Assembly (NCBI GenBank): GCA_964016885.1
Contig: OZ024741.1
Location: forward strand, 115,754,001 to 115,818,000
DNA: 64,000 nucleotides
Source of the DNA: Eledone cirrhosa
Lineage: Eukaryota
Direction: 5' to 3'
A model generated the notes under the pieces. It was not told where the DNA came from. It did not search any database and was given only the letters and a program-made list of their open reading frames with translations. Below, piece by piece: positions 44,420-58,460 of the stretch. Numbering within the stretch: the first letter of the stretch is position 1; the number at the start of each line of letters is the position of its first letter. The translations under genes were made by a program, and so were the position numbers.

Positions 44420-47400
44420 TGATTGAAAGATTTTGTTGAGGTAGGGGTTACATTTGTCATAGAATATAGATATAACTCTGTTTCAAAGATGTTCTTGTGG
44501 TAGGGGTTACATTTGTCATAGAATATAGATATATCTCTGAATGAAAGATGTTCTCGAGGTAGGGGTTACATTTGTCATAGAATATAGACATAACCCTGAT
44601 CGAAAGATATTCTTGAGGTGCGGGTTACATTTGTCATAGAATATAGATATAACTCTGAGTGAAAGATGTGCTTGAGGTAGGGGGGGTTACATTTGTCATA
44701 GAATATAGATATAACTCTGATTGAAAGATGTACTTGAAGTAGGGGTTACATTTGTCATAGCATATAGATATAACTCTGATTGAAAGATGTGGTTGAGGTA
44801 GGGGTTACATTTGTCATAGAATATAGATATAAACCTGATTGAAAGATTTTGTTGAGGTGGGGGTTACATTTGTCATAGAATATAGATATAACTCTGATTG
44901 AAAGATTTTGTTGTGGTGGAGGTTACATTTGTCATAGAATAGAGATATAACACTGATTGAAAGATTTTGTTGAGGTGGGGGTTTCATTTGTCATAGAATA
45001 TAGATATAACCCTGATTGAAAGATTTTGCTGAGGTGGGGGTTACATTTGTCATAGAATAGAGATATAACACTGATTGAAAGATTTTGTTGAGGCGGGGGT
45101 TACATTTGTCATAGAATATAGATATAACCCTGATTGAAAGATTTTGCTGAGGTGGGGGTTACATTTGTCATAGAATAGAGATAAAACACTGATTGAAAGA
45201 TGGTCTTGAGGTGAGGGTTACATTTGTCATAGAATATAGATATAACTCTCATTGAAAGATGTTCTTGAGTTGGGGTTACATTTGTCATAGGATATAGATA
45301 TAACCCTGATGGAAAGATGTTCTTGAGGTGGGGGTTACATTTGTCATAGAATATAGATATAACTCTGATTGAAAGATTTTGTTGAGGTAGGGGTTACATT
45401 TGTCATAGAATATAGATATAACTCTGAGTGAAAGATGTTCTTGAGGTGCGGGTTACATTTGTCATAGAATATAGATATAACCCTGATTGAAAGATTTTGC
45501 TGAGGTGGGGGTTACATTTGTCATAGAATAGAGATATAACACTGATTGAAAGATTTTGTTGAGGTGGGGGTTACATTTGTCATAGAATATAGATATAACC
45601 CTGATTGAAAGATTTTGCTGAGGTGGGGGTTACGTTTGTCATAGAATAGAGATATAACACTGATTGAAAGATGTTCTTGAGGTGAGGGTTACATTTGTCA
45701 TAGAATATAGATATAACTCTCATTGAAAGATGTTCTTGAGTTGGGGTTACATTTGTCATAGGATATAGATATAACCCTGATGGAAAGATGTTCTTGAGGT
45801 GGGGATTACATTTGTCATAGAATATAGATATAACTCTGATTGAAAGATTTTGTTGAGGTAGGGGTTACATTTGTCATAGAATATAGATATAACTCTGTTT
45901 GAAAGATGTTCTTGTGGTAGGGGTTACATTTGTCATAGAATATAGATATATCTCTGAATGAAAGATGTTCTTGAGGTAGGGGTTACATTTGTCATAGAAT
46001 ATAGACATAACCCTGATCGAAAGATGTTCTTGAGGTGCGGGTTACATTTGTCATAGAATATAGATATAACTCTGAGTGAAAGATGTGCTTGAGGTAGGGG
46101 GGGTTACATTTGTCATAGAATATAGATATAACTCTGATTGAAAGATGTACTTGAAGTAGGGGTTACATTTGTCATAGCATATAGATATAACACTGATTGA
46201 AAGATTTTGTTGAGGTGGGGGTTACATTTGTCATAGAATATAGATATAACCCTGATTGAAAGATTTTGTTGAGGTGGGGGTTACATTTGTCATAGAATAT
46301 AGATATAACACTGATTGAAAGATTTTGTTGAGGTGGGGGTTACATTTGTCATAGAATATAGATATAACTCTGATTGAAAGATTTTGTTGAGGTGGAGGTT
46401 ACATTTGTCATAGAATAGAGATATAACACTGATTGAAAGATTTTGTTGAGGTGGGGGTAACACTTGTCATAGAATATAGATATAACCCTGATTGAAAGAT
46501 TTTGCTGAGGTGGGGTTACATTTGTCATAGAATAGAGATATAACACTGATTGAAAGATTTTGTTGAGGTGGGGGTTACATTTGTCATAGAATATAGATAT
46601 AACCCTGATTGAAAGATTTTGCTGAGGTGGGGGTTACATTTGTCATAGAATATAGATATAACTCTGATTGAAAGATGTTCTTGAGGTGGGGGGTTACATT
46701 TGTCATAGAATATAGATATAACTCTGATTGAAAGATTTTGTTGAGGTGGGGCTTACATTTGTCATAGAATATAGATATAACTCTGTTTCAAAGATGTTCT
46801 TGTGGTAGGGGTTACATTTGTCATAGAATATAGATATATCTCTGAATGAAAGATGTTCTCGAGGTAGGGGTTACATTTGTCATAGAATATAGACATAACC
46901 CTGATCGAAAGATGTTCTTGAGGTGCGGGTTACATTTGTCATAGAATATAGATATAACTCTGAGTGAAAGATGTGGTTGAGGTAGGGGTTACATTTGTCA
47001 TAGAATATAGATATAAACCTGATTGAAAGATTTTGTTGAGGTGGGGGTTACATTTGTCATAGAATATAGATATAACTCTGATTGAAATATTTTGTTGTGG
47101 TGGAGGTTACATTTGTCATAGAATAGAGATATAACACTGATTGAAAGATTTTGTTGAGGTGGGGGTTTCATTTGTCATAGAATATAGATATAACCCTGAT
47201 TGAAAGATTTTGCTGAGGTGGGGGTTACATTTGTCATAGAATAGAGATATAACACTGATTGAAAGATTCTGTTGAGGCGGGGGTTACATTTGTCATAGAA
47301 TATAGATATAACCCTGATTGAAAGATTTTGCTGAGGTGGGGGTTACATTTGTCATAGAATAGAGATAAAACACTGATTGAAAGATGTTCTTGAGGTGAGG

Positions 47401-48900
47401 GTTACATTTGTCATAGAATATAGATATAACTCTCATTGAAAGATGTTCTTGAGTTGGGGTTACATTTGTCATAGGATATAGATATAACCCTGATGGAAAG
47501 ATGTTCTTGAGGTGGGGGTTACATTTGTCATAGAATATAGATATAACTCTGATTGAAAGATTTTGTTGAGGTAGGGGTTACATTTGTCATAGAATATAGA
47601 TATAACTCTGTTTGAAAGATGTTCTTGTGGTAGGGGTTACATTTGTCATAGAATATAGATATAACTCTGAGTGAAAGATGTTCTTGAGGTGCGGGTTACA
47701 TTTGTCATAGAATATAGATATAACCCTGATTGAAAGATTTTGCTGAGGTGGGGGTTACATTTGTCATAGAATAGAGATATAACACTGATTGAAAGATTTT
47801 GTTGAGGTGGGGGTTACATTTGTCATAGAATATAGATATAACCCTGATTGAAAGATTTTGCTGAGGTGGGGGTTACGTTTGTCATAGAATAGAGATATAA
47901 CACTGATTGAAAGATGTTCTTGAGGTGAGGGTTACATTTGTCATAGAATATAGATATAACTCTCATTGAAAGATGTTCTTGAGTTGGGGTTACATTTGTC
48001 ATAGGATATAGATATAACCCTGATGGAAAGATGTTCTTGAGGTGGGGGTTACATTTGTCATAGAATATAGATATAACTCTGATTGAAAGATTTTGTTGAG
48101 GTAGGGGTTACATTTGTCATAGAATATAGATATAACTCTGTTTGAAAGATGTTCTTGTGGTAGGGGTTACATTTGTCATAGAATATAGATATATCTCTGA
48201 ATGAAAGATGTTCTTGAGGTAGGGGTTACATTTGTCATAGAATATAGACATAACCCTGATCGAAAGATGTTCTTGAGGTGCGGGTTACATTTGTCATAGA
48301 ATATAGATATAACTCTGAGTGAAAGATGTGCTTGGGGTAGGGGGGGTTACATTTGTCATAGAATATAGATATAACTCTGATTGAAAGATGTACTTGAAGT
48401 AGGGGTTACATTTGTCATAGCATATAGATATAACACTGATTGAAAGATTTTGTTGAGGTGGGGGTTACATTTGTCATAGAATATAGATATAACTCTGATT
48501 GAAAGATTTTGTTGAGGTGGAGGTTACATTTGTCATAGAATAGAGATATAACACTGATTGAAAGATTTTGTTGAGGTGGGGGTAACACTTGTCATAGAAT
48601 ATAGATATAACCCTGATTGAAAGATTTTGCTGAGGTGGGGGTTACATTTGTCATAGAATAGAGATATAACACTGATTGAAAGATTTTGTTGAGGTGGGGG
48701 TTACATTTGTCATAGAATATAGATATAACCCTGATTGAAAGATTTTGCTGAGGTGGGGGTTACATTTGTCATAGAATATAGATATAACTCTGATTGAAAG
48801 ATGTTCTTGAGGTGGGGGGTTACATTTGTCATAGAATATAGATATAACTCTGATTGAAAGATTTTGTTGAGGTGGGGCTTACATTTGTCATAGAATATAG
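44420..48900. repeat. Imperfect tandem duplication, about 38-39 monomers x2
   Basis: TTTCAAAGAT is at 44481/46786 (2305), CTCGAG at 44553/46858 (2305) and TTACGTTTG at 45630/47873 (2243). The offset changes through monomer gain or loss. Confidence 0.72.
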
Positions 48901-49499
48901 ATATAACACTGATTGAAAGATTTTGTTGAGGTGGGGGCTACATTTGTCATAGAATATAGATATAACTCTGATTGAAAGATTTTGTTGAGGTGGGGGTTAC
49001 ATTTGTCATAGAATATAGATATAACTCTGATTGAAAGATTTTGTTGAGGTGGGGCTTACATTTGTCATAGAATATAGATATAACTCTGATTGAAAGATTT
49101 TGTTGAGGTGGGGGTTACATTTGTCATAGAATATGGATATAACTCTGATAGAAAGATGATCTTCAGGTAGGGGTTACACTTGTCCTAGGATATAGATATA
49201 ACCTTGATTGAAAGATGTTCTTGAGGTAGGGGTTACATTTGTCATAGAGTATTGATATAACTCTGTTTGAGAGATGTTCTTGAGATGGGGGTTACATTTG
49301 TCATAGAATATTGATATAACTCTGATTGAAAGATGTTCTTGAGGTGGGGGTTACATTTGTCATAGAATATAGATATAACTCTGATTGAATGATTTTGTTG
49401 AGGTAGGGGTTACATTTGTCATAGAATATAGATATAACTCTGATTGAAAGATGTTCTTCAGGTGGGGGTTACATTTGTCATAGAATATAGATATAACTC

Positions 49500-52400
49500 T
49501 GATTGAAAGATTTTGTTGAGGTGGGGGTTACATTTGTCATAGAATATAGATATAACTCTGATAGAAAGTTGTTCTTGGGGTAGGGGTTACATTTGTCATA
49601 GAATATACATATAATTCTGACTGAAAGATGTTCTTGAGGTGGGGGTTACATTTGTCATAGAACATAGATATAACTCTGACTGAAAGATGTTCTTGAGGTG
49701 GGGGTTACATTTGTCATAGAATATAGATATAACTCTGATAGAAAGTTGTTCTTGGGGTAGGGGTTACATTTGTCATAGAATATACATATAATTCTGACTG
49801 AAAAATGTTCTTGAGGTGGGGGTTACATTGGTCATAGTATATAGATATAACTCTGATAGAAAGTTGTTCTTGGGGTAGGGGTTACATTTGTCATAGAATA
49901 TACATATAATTCTGACTGAAAGATGATCTTGAGGTAGGGGTTACATTTGTCATAGAATATAGATATAACTCTGATTGAAAGATTATCTTGACGTAGGGGT
50001 TACATTTGTCATAGAATATAGATATAACTCTGACTGAAAGATGTTCTTGAGGTGGGGGTTACATTTGACATAGAATATAGTTATAACTCTGTCTGAAAGA
50101 TGTTCTTGAGGTGGGGTTTAAATTTGTCATAGAATATAGATATAACTCTGATAGAAAGATTTTCTTGGGGTAGGGGTTACATTTGTCATAGAATATATAT
50201 ATAACTCTGTTTGAAAGATGTTCTTGAGGTGGGGGTTACATTTGTCATAGAATATAGATATAACTCTGACTGAAAGATATTAATGAGTTAGGGTTTACAA
50301 TTGTCATAGAATATAGATATAACTCTGATCGAAAGATATACTTGAGGTGGGGGTTACATTTGTCATAGGATATAGATATAACTCTGAGTGAAAGATGTTC
50401 TTGGGGTGAGGGTTACATTTGTCATAGAATATAGATATAACTCTGATTGAAAGATTTTGTTGAGGTAGGGGTTACATTTGTCATAGAATATAGATATAAC
50501 TCTGAGTGAAAGATCTTCTTGAGGTGGGGGTTACATTTGTCATAGAATATAGATATAACTCTGATAGAAAGATGTTCTTGGGGTGGGGGTTACATTTGTC
50601 ATAGAATATAGATATAACTCTTATTGAAAGATGTTCTTGAGGTGGGGGTTACATTTGTCATAGAATATAGATATAACCCTGATGGAAAGATGTTCTTGGG
50701 GTGGGGGTTACATTTGTCATAGAATATAGATATAACTCTGACTGAAAGATGTTCTTGAGGTGGGGGTTACATTTGTCATAGAATATAGATATAACTCTGA
50801 TAGAAAGTTGTTCTTGGGGTAGGGGTTACATTTGTCATAGAATATACATATAATTCTGACTGAAAAATATTCTTGAGGTGGGGGTTACATTTGTCATAGA
50901 ATATAGATATAACTCTGATAGAAAGTTGTTCTTGGGGTAGGGGTTACATTTGTCAGAGAATATACATATAATTCTGACAGAAAGATGTTCTTGAGGTGGG
51001 GGTTACATTTGTCATAGAACATAGTTATAACTCTGATAGAAAGATGTTCTTGGGGTGGGGGTTACATTTGTCATAGAATATAGATATAACTCTGTTTGAA
51101 AGTTGTTCTTGTGGTAGGGGTTACATTTGTCATAGAATATAGATATATCTCTGAATGAAAGATGTTCTTGAGGTAGGGGTTACATTTGTCATAGAATATA
51201 GACATAACCCTGATCGAAAGATGTTCTTGAGGTGCGGGTTACATTTGTCATAGAATATAGATATAACTCTGAGTGAAAGATGTTCTTGAGGTGCGGGTTA
51301 CATTTGTCATAGAATATAGATATAACCCTGATTGAAAGATTTTGCTGAGGTGGGGGTTACATTTGTCATAGAATAGAGATATAACACTGATTGAAAGATT
51401 TTGTTGAGGTGGGGGTTACATTTGTCATAGAATATAGATATAACCCTGATTGAAAGATTTTGCTGAGATGGGGGTTACATTTGTCATAGAATAGAGATAT
51501 AACACTGATTGAAAGATGTTCTTGAGGTGAGGGTTACATTTGTCATAGAATATAGATATAACTCTCATTGAAAGATGTTCTTGAGTTGGGGTTACAGTTG
51601 TCATAGGATATAGATATAACCCTGATGGAAAGATGTTCTTGAGGTGGGGGTTACGTTTGTCATAGAATATAGATATAACTCTGATTGAAAGATTTTGTTG
51701 AGCTGGGGGTTACATTTGTCATAGAATATAGATATAACTCTGATAGAAAGTTGTTCTTGGGGTAGGGGTTACATTTGTCATAGAATATACATATAATTCT
51801 GACTGAAAGATGTTCTTGAGGTGGGGGTTACATTTGTCATAGAACATAGATATAACTCTGACTGAAAGATGTTCTTGAGGTGGGGGTTACATTTGTCATA
51901 GAATATAGATATAACTCTGATAGAAAGTTGTTCTTGGGGTAGGGGTTACATTTGTCATAGAATATACATATAATTCTGACTGAAAAATGTTCTTGAGGTG
52001 GGGGTTACATTGGTCATAGTATATAGATATAACTCTGATAGAAAGTTGTTCTTGGGGTAGGGGTTACATTTGTCATAGAATATACATATAATTCTGACTG
52101 AAAGATGTTCTTGAGGTGGGGGTTACATTTGTCATAGAACATAGATATAACTCTGACTGAAAGATGTTCTTGAGGTGGGGGTTACATTTGTCATAGAATA
52201 TAGATATAACTCTGATAGAAAGTTGTTCTTGGGGTAGGGGTTACATTTGTCATAGAATATACATATAATTCTGACTGAAAAATGTTCTTGAGGTGGGGGT
52301 TACATTGGTCATAGTATATAGATATAACTCTGATAGAAAGTTGTTCTTGGGGTAGGGGTTACATTTGTCATAGAATATACATATAATTCTGACTGAAAGA

Positions 52401-54180
52401 TGATCTTGAGGTAGGGGTTACATTTGTCATAGAATATAGATATAACTCTGATTGAAAGATTATCTTGACGTAGGGGTTACATTTGTCATAGAATATAGAT
52501 ATAACTCTGACTGAAAGATGTTCTTGAGGTGGGGGTTACATTTGACATAGAATATAGTTATAACTCTGTCTGAAAGATGTTCTTGAGGTGGGGTTTAAAT
52601 TTGTCATAGAATATAGATATAACTCTGATAGAAAGATTTTCTTGGGGTAGGGGTTACATTTGTCATAGAATATATATATAACTCTGTTTGAAAGATGTTC
52701 TTGAGGTGGGGGTTACATTTGTCATAGAATATAGATATAACTCTGACTGAAAGATATTAATGAGTTAGGGTTTACAATTGTCATAGAATATAGATATAAC
52801 TCTGATCGAAAGATATACTTGAGGTGGGGGTTACATTTGTCATAGGATATAGATATAACTCTGAGTGAAAGATGTTCTTGGGGTGAGGGTTACATTTGTC
52901 ATAGAATATAGATATAACTCTGATTGAAAGATTTTGTTGAGGTAGGGGCTACATTTGTCATAGAATATAGATATAACTCTGAGTGAAAGATGTTCTTGAG
53001 GTGGGGGTTACATTTGTCATAGAATATAGATATAACTCTGATAGAAAGATGTTCTTGGGGTGGGGGTTACATTTGTCATAGAATATAGATATAACTCTTA
53101 TTGAAAGATGTTCTTGAGGTGGGGGTTACATTTGTCATAGAATATAGATATAACCCTGATGGAAAGATGTTCTTGGGGTGGGGGTTACATTTGTCATAGA
53201 ATATAGATATAACTCTGACTGAAAGATGTTCTTGAGGTGGGGGTTACATTTGTCATAGAATATAGATATAACTCTGATAGAAAGTTGTTCTTGGGGTAGG
53301 GGTTACATTTGTCATAGAATATACATATAATTCTGACTGAAAAATATTCTTGAGGTGGGGGTTACATTTGTCATAGAATATAGATATAACTCTGATAGAA
53401 AGTTGTTCTTGGGGTAGGGGTTACATTTGTCATAGAATATACATATAATTCTGACTGAAAGATGTTCTTGAGGTGGGGGTTACATTTGTCATAGAATATA
53501 GTTATAACTCTGATAGAAAGATGTTCTTGGGGTGGGGGTAACATTTGTCATAGAATATAGATATAACTCTGTTTGAAAGATGTTCTTGTGGTAGGGGTTA
53601 CATTTGTCATAGAATATAGATATATCTCTGAATGAAAGATGTTCTTGAGGTAGGGGTTACATTTGTCATAGAATATAGACATAACCCTGATCGAAAGATG
53701 TTCTTGAGGTGCGGGTTACATTTGTCATAGAATATAGATATAACTCTGAGTGAAAGATGTTCTTGAGGTGCGGGTTACATTTGTCATAGAATATAGATAT
53801 AACCCTGATTGAAAGATTTTGCTGAGGTGGGGGTTACATTTGTCATAGAATAGAGATATAACACTGATTGAAAGATTTTGTTGAGGTGGGGGTTACATTT
53901 GTCATAGAATATAGATATAACCCTGATTGAAAGATTTTGCTGAGATGGGGGTTACATTTGTCATAGAATAGAGATATAACACTGATTGAAAGATGTTCTT
54001 GAGGTGAGGGTTACATTTGTCATAGAATATAGATATAACTCTCATTGAAAGATGTTCTTGAGTTGGGGTTACAGTTGTCATAGGATATAGATATAACCCT
54101 GATGGAAAGATGTTCTTGATGTGGGGGTTACGTTTGTCATAGAATATAGATATAACTCTGATTGAAAGATTTTGTTGAGG
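49500..54180. repeat. Tandem duplication of a 37-monomer block, with an extra nested 5-monomer (295 bp) duplication in the second copy
   Basis: CATTGGTCATAGTAT is at 49826, 52008 and 52303 (spacings 2182 and 295). TAATGAGTTAGGGTTT at 50281/52758 and GTTACAGTTG at 51591/54068 are both 2477 apart. Confidence 0.8.
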
Positions 54181-54439
54181 TAGGGGTTACATTTGTCATA
54201 GAATATAGATATAACTTTGTTTGAAAGATGTTCTTGTGGTAGGGGTTACATTTGTCATAGAATATAGATATATCTCTGAATGAAAGATGTTCTTGAGGTA
54301 GGGGTTACATTTATCATAGAATATAGACATAACCCAGATCGAAAGATGTTCTTGAGGTGCGGGCTACATTTGTCATAGAATATAGATATAACTCTGATTG
54401 AAAGATGTACTTGAAGTAGGGGTTACATTTGTCATAGCA

Positions 54440-57400
54440 TATAGATATAACTCTGATTGAAAGATGTGTTTGAGGTAGGGGTTACATTTGTCATAGAATA
54501 TAGATATAACCCTGATTGAAAGATTTTGTTGAGGTGGGGGTTACATTTGTCATAGAATATAGATATAACTCTGATTGAAAGATTTTGTTGAGGTGGAGGT
54601 TACATTTGTCATAGAATAGAGATATAACACTGATTGAAAGATTTTGTTGAGGTGGGGGTAACACTTGTCATAGAATATAGATATAACCCTGATTGAAAGA
54701 TTTTGCTGAGGTGGGGGTTACATTTGTCATAGAATAGAGATATAACACTGATTGAAAGATTTTGTTGAGGTGGGGGTTACATTTGTCATAGAATAGAGAT
54801 ATAACACTGATTGAAAGATTTTGTTGAGGTGGGGGTTACATTTGTCATAGAATATAGATATAACTCTGATTGAAAGATTTTGTTGAGGTGGGGGTTACAT
54901 TTGTCATAGAATATAGATATAACTCTGATTGAAAGATTTTGTTGAGGTGGGGCTTACATTTGTCATAGAATATAGATATAACTCTGATTGAAAGATTTTG
55001 TTGAGGTGGGGGTTACATTTGTCATAGAATATGGATATAACTCTGATAGAAAGATGATCTTCAGGTAGGGGTTACACTTGTCCTAGGATATAGATATAAC
55101 CTTGATTGAAAGATGTTCTTGAGGTAGGGGTTACTTTTGTCATAGAGTATTGATATAACTCTGTTTGAAAGATGTTCTTGAGATGGGGGTTACATTTGTC
55201 ATAGAATATTGATATAACTCTGATTGAAAGATGTTCTTGAGGTGGGGGTTACATTTGTCATAGAATATAGATATAACTCTGATTGAATGATTTTGCTGAG
55301 GTAGGGGTTACATTTGTCATAGAGTATAGATATAACTCTGATTGAAAGATGTTCTTCAGGTGGGGGTTACATTTGTCATAGAATATAGATATAACTCTGA
55401 TTGAAAGATTTTGTTGAGGTGGGGGTTACATTTGTCATAGAATATAGATATAACTCTGATAGAAATTTGTTCTTGGGGTAGGGGTTACATTTGTCATAGA
55501 ATATACATATAATTCTGACTGAAAGATGTTCTTGAGGTGCGGGTTACATTTGTCATAGAATATAGATATAACTCTGAGTGAAAGATGTGCTTGAGGTAGG
55601 GGGGGTTACATTTGTCATAGAATATAGATATAACTCTGATTGAAAGATGTACTTGAAGTAGGGGTTACATTTGTCATAGCATATAGATATAACACTGATT
55701 GAAAGATTTTGTTGAGGTGGGGGTTACATTTGTCATAGAATATAGATATAACTCTGATTGAAAGATTTTGTTGAGGTGGAGGTTACATTTGTCATAGAAT
55801 AGAGATATAACACTGATTGAAAGATTTTGTTGAGGTGGGGGTAACACTTGTCATAGAATATAGATATAACCCTGATTGAAAGATTTTGCTGAGGTGGGGG
55901 TTACATTTGTCATAGAATAGAGATATAACACTGATTGAAAGATTTTGTTGAGGTGGGGGTTACATTTGTCATAGAATATAGATATAACCCTGATTGAAAG
56001 ATTTTGCTGAGGTGGGGGTTACATTTGTCATAGAATATAGATATAACTCTGATTGAAAGATGTTCTTGAGGTGGGAGGTTACATGTGTCATAGAATATAG
56101 ATATAACTCTGATTGAAAGATTTTGTTGAGGTGGGGCTTACATTTGTCATAGAATATAGATATAACACTGATTGAAAGATTTTGTTGAGGTGGGGGCTAC
56201 ATTTGTCATAGAATATAGATATAACTCTGATTGAAAGATTTTGTTGAGGTGGGGGTTACATTTGTCATAGAATATAGATATAACTCTGATTGAAAGATTT
56301 TGTTGAGGTGGGGCTTACATTTGTCATAGAATATAGATATAACTCTGATTGAAAGATTTTGTTGAGGTGGGGGTTACATTTGTCATAGAATATGGATATA
56401 ACTCTGATAGAAAGATGATCTTCAGGTAGGGGTTACACTTGTCCTAGGATATAGATATAACCTTGATTGAAAGATGTTCTTGAGGTAGGGGTTACATTTG
56501 TCATAGAGTATTGATATAACTCTGTTTGAGAGATGTTCTTGAGATGGGGGTTACATTTGTCATAGAATATTGATATAACTCTGATTGAAAGATGTTCTTG
56601 AGGTGGGGGTTACATTTGTCATAGAATATTGATATAACTCTGATTGAAAGATGTGTTTGAGGTAGGGGGTTACATTTGTCATAGAATATAGATATAACCC
56701 TGATTGAAAGATTTTGTTGAGGTGGGGGTTACATTTGTCATAGAATATAGATATAACTCTGATTGAAAGATTTTGTTGAGGTGGAGGTTACATTTGTCAT
56801 AGAATAGAGATATAACACTGATTGAAAGATTTTGTTGAGGTGGGGGTAACACTTGTCATAGAATATAGATATAACCCTGATTGAAAGATTTTGCTGAGGT
56901 GGGGGTTACATTTGTCATAGAATAGAGATATAACACTGATTGAAAGATTTTGTTGAAGTGGGGGTTACATTTGTCATAGAATATAGATATAACCCTGATT
57001 GAAAGATTTTGCTGAGGTGGGGGTTACATTTGTCATAGAATAGAGATATAACACTGATTGAAAGATTTTGTTGAGGTGGGGGTTACATTTGTCATAGAAT
57101 ATAGATATAACTCTGATTGAAAGATTTTGTTGAGGTGGGGGTTACATTTGTCATAGAATATAGATATAACTCTGATTGAAAGATTTTGTTGAGGTGGGGC
57201 TTACATTTGTCATAGAATATAGATATAACTCTGATTGAAAGATTTTGTTGAGGTGGGGGTTACATTTGTCATAGAATATGGATATAACTCTGATAGAAAG
57301 ATGATCTTCAGGTAGGGGTTACACTTGTCCTAGGATATAGATATAACCTTGATTGAAAGATGTTCTTGAGGTAGGGGTTACTTTTGTCATAGAGTATTGA

Positions 57401-58460
57401 TATAACTCTGTTTAAAAGATGTTCTTGAGATGGGGGTTACATTTGTCATAGAATATTGATATAACTCTGATTGAAAGATGTTCTTGAGGTGGGGGTTACA
57501 TTTGTCATAGAATATAGATATAACTCTGATTGAATGATTTTGCTGAGGTAGGGGTTACATTTGTCATAGAGTATAGATATAACTCTGATTGAAAGATGTT
57601 CTTCAGGTGGGGGTTACATTTGTCATGGAATATAGATATAACTCTGATTGAAAGATTTTGTTGAGGTGGGGGTTACATTTGTCATAGAATATAGATATAA
57701 CTCTGATAGAAATTTGTTCTTGGGGTAGGGGTTACATTTGTCATAGAATATACATATAATTCTGACTGAAAGATGTGCTTGAGGTAGGGGGGGTTACATT
57801 TGTCATAGAATATAGATATAACTCTGATTGAAAGATGTACTTGAAGTAGGGGTTACCTTTGTCATAGCATATAGATATAACACTGATTGAAAGATTTTGT
57901 TGAGGTGGGGGTTACATTTGTCATAGAATATAGATATAACTCTGATTGAAAGATTTTGTTGAGGTGGAGGTTACATTTGTCATAGAATAGAGATATAACA
58001 CTGATTGAAAGATTTTGTTGAGGTGGGGGTAACACTTGTCATAGAATATAGATATAACCCTGATTGAAAGATTTTGCTGAGGTGGGGGTTACATTTGTCA
58101 TAGAATAGAGATATAACACTGATTGAAAGATTTTGTTGAGGTGGGGGTTACATTTGTCATAGAATATAGATATAACCCTGATTGAAAGATTTTGCTGAGG
58201 TGGGGGTTACATTTGTCATAGAATATAGATATAACTCTGATTGAAAGATGTTCTTGAGGTGGGGGGTTACATTTGTCATAGAATATAGATATAACTCTGA
58301 TTGAAAGATTTTGTTGAGGTGGGGCTTACATTTGTCATAGAATATAGATATAACACTGATTGAAAGATTTTGTTGAGGTGGGGGCTACATTTGTCATAGA
58401 ATATAGATATAACTCTGATTGAAAGATTTTGTTGAGGTGGGGGTTACATTTGTCATAGAA
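54440..58460. repeat. Imperfect tandem duplication, about 38 monomers
   Basis: The ATGGATATA...CTTCAGG...CACTTGTCCTAGG cassette is at 55031 and 57278 (2247 apart). Both copies share the TTACTTTTGTCATAGAGTATTG and AGAAATTTGTT variants. Confidence 0.68.

Noticed and set aside
46349-46546. 65-aa minus-strand ORF
   Set aside because: It is a translation of the satellite. The minus strand has only two stops (TGA CAA ATG TAA) per 177-bp cycle, and the 4-G deletion at 46512-46515 shifts the frame past them.
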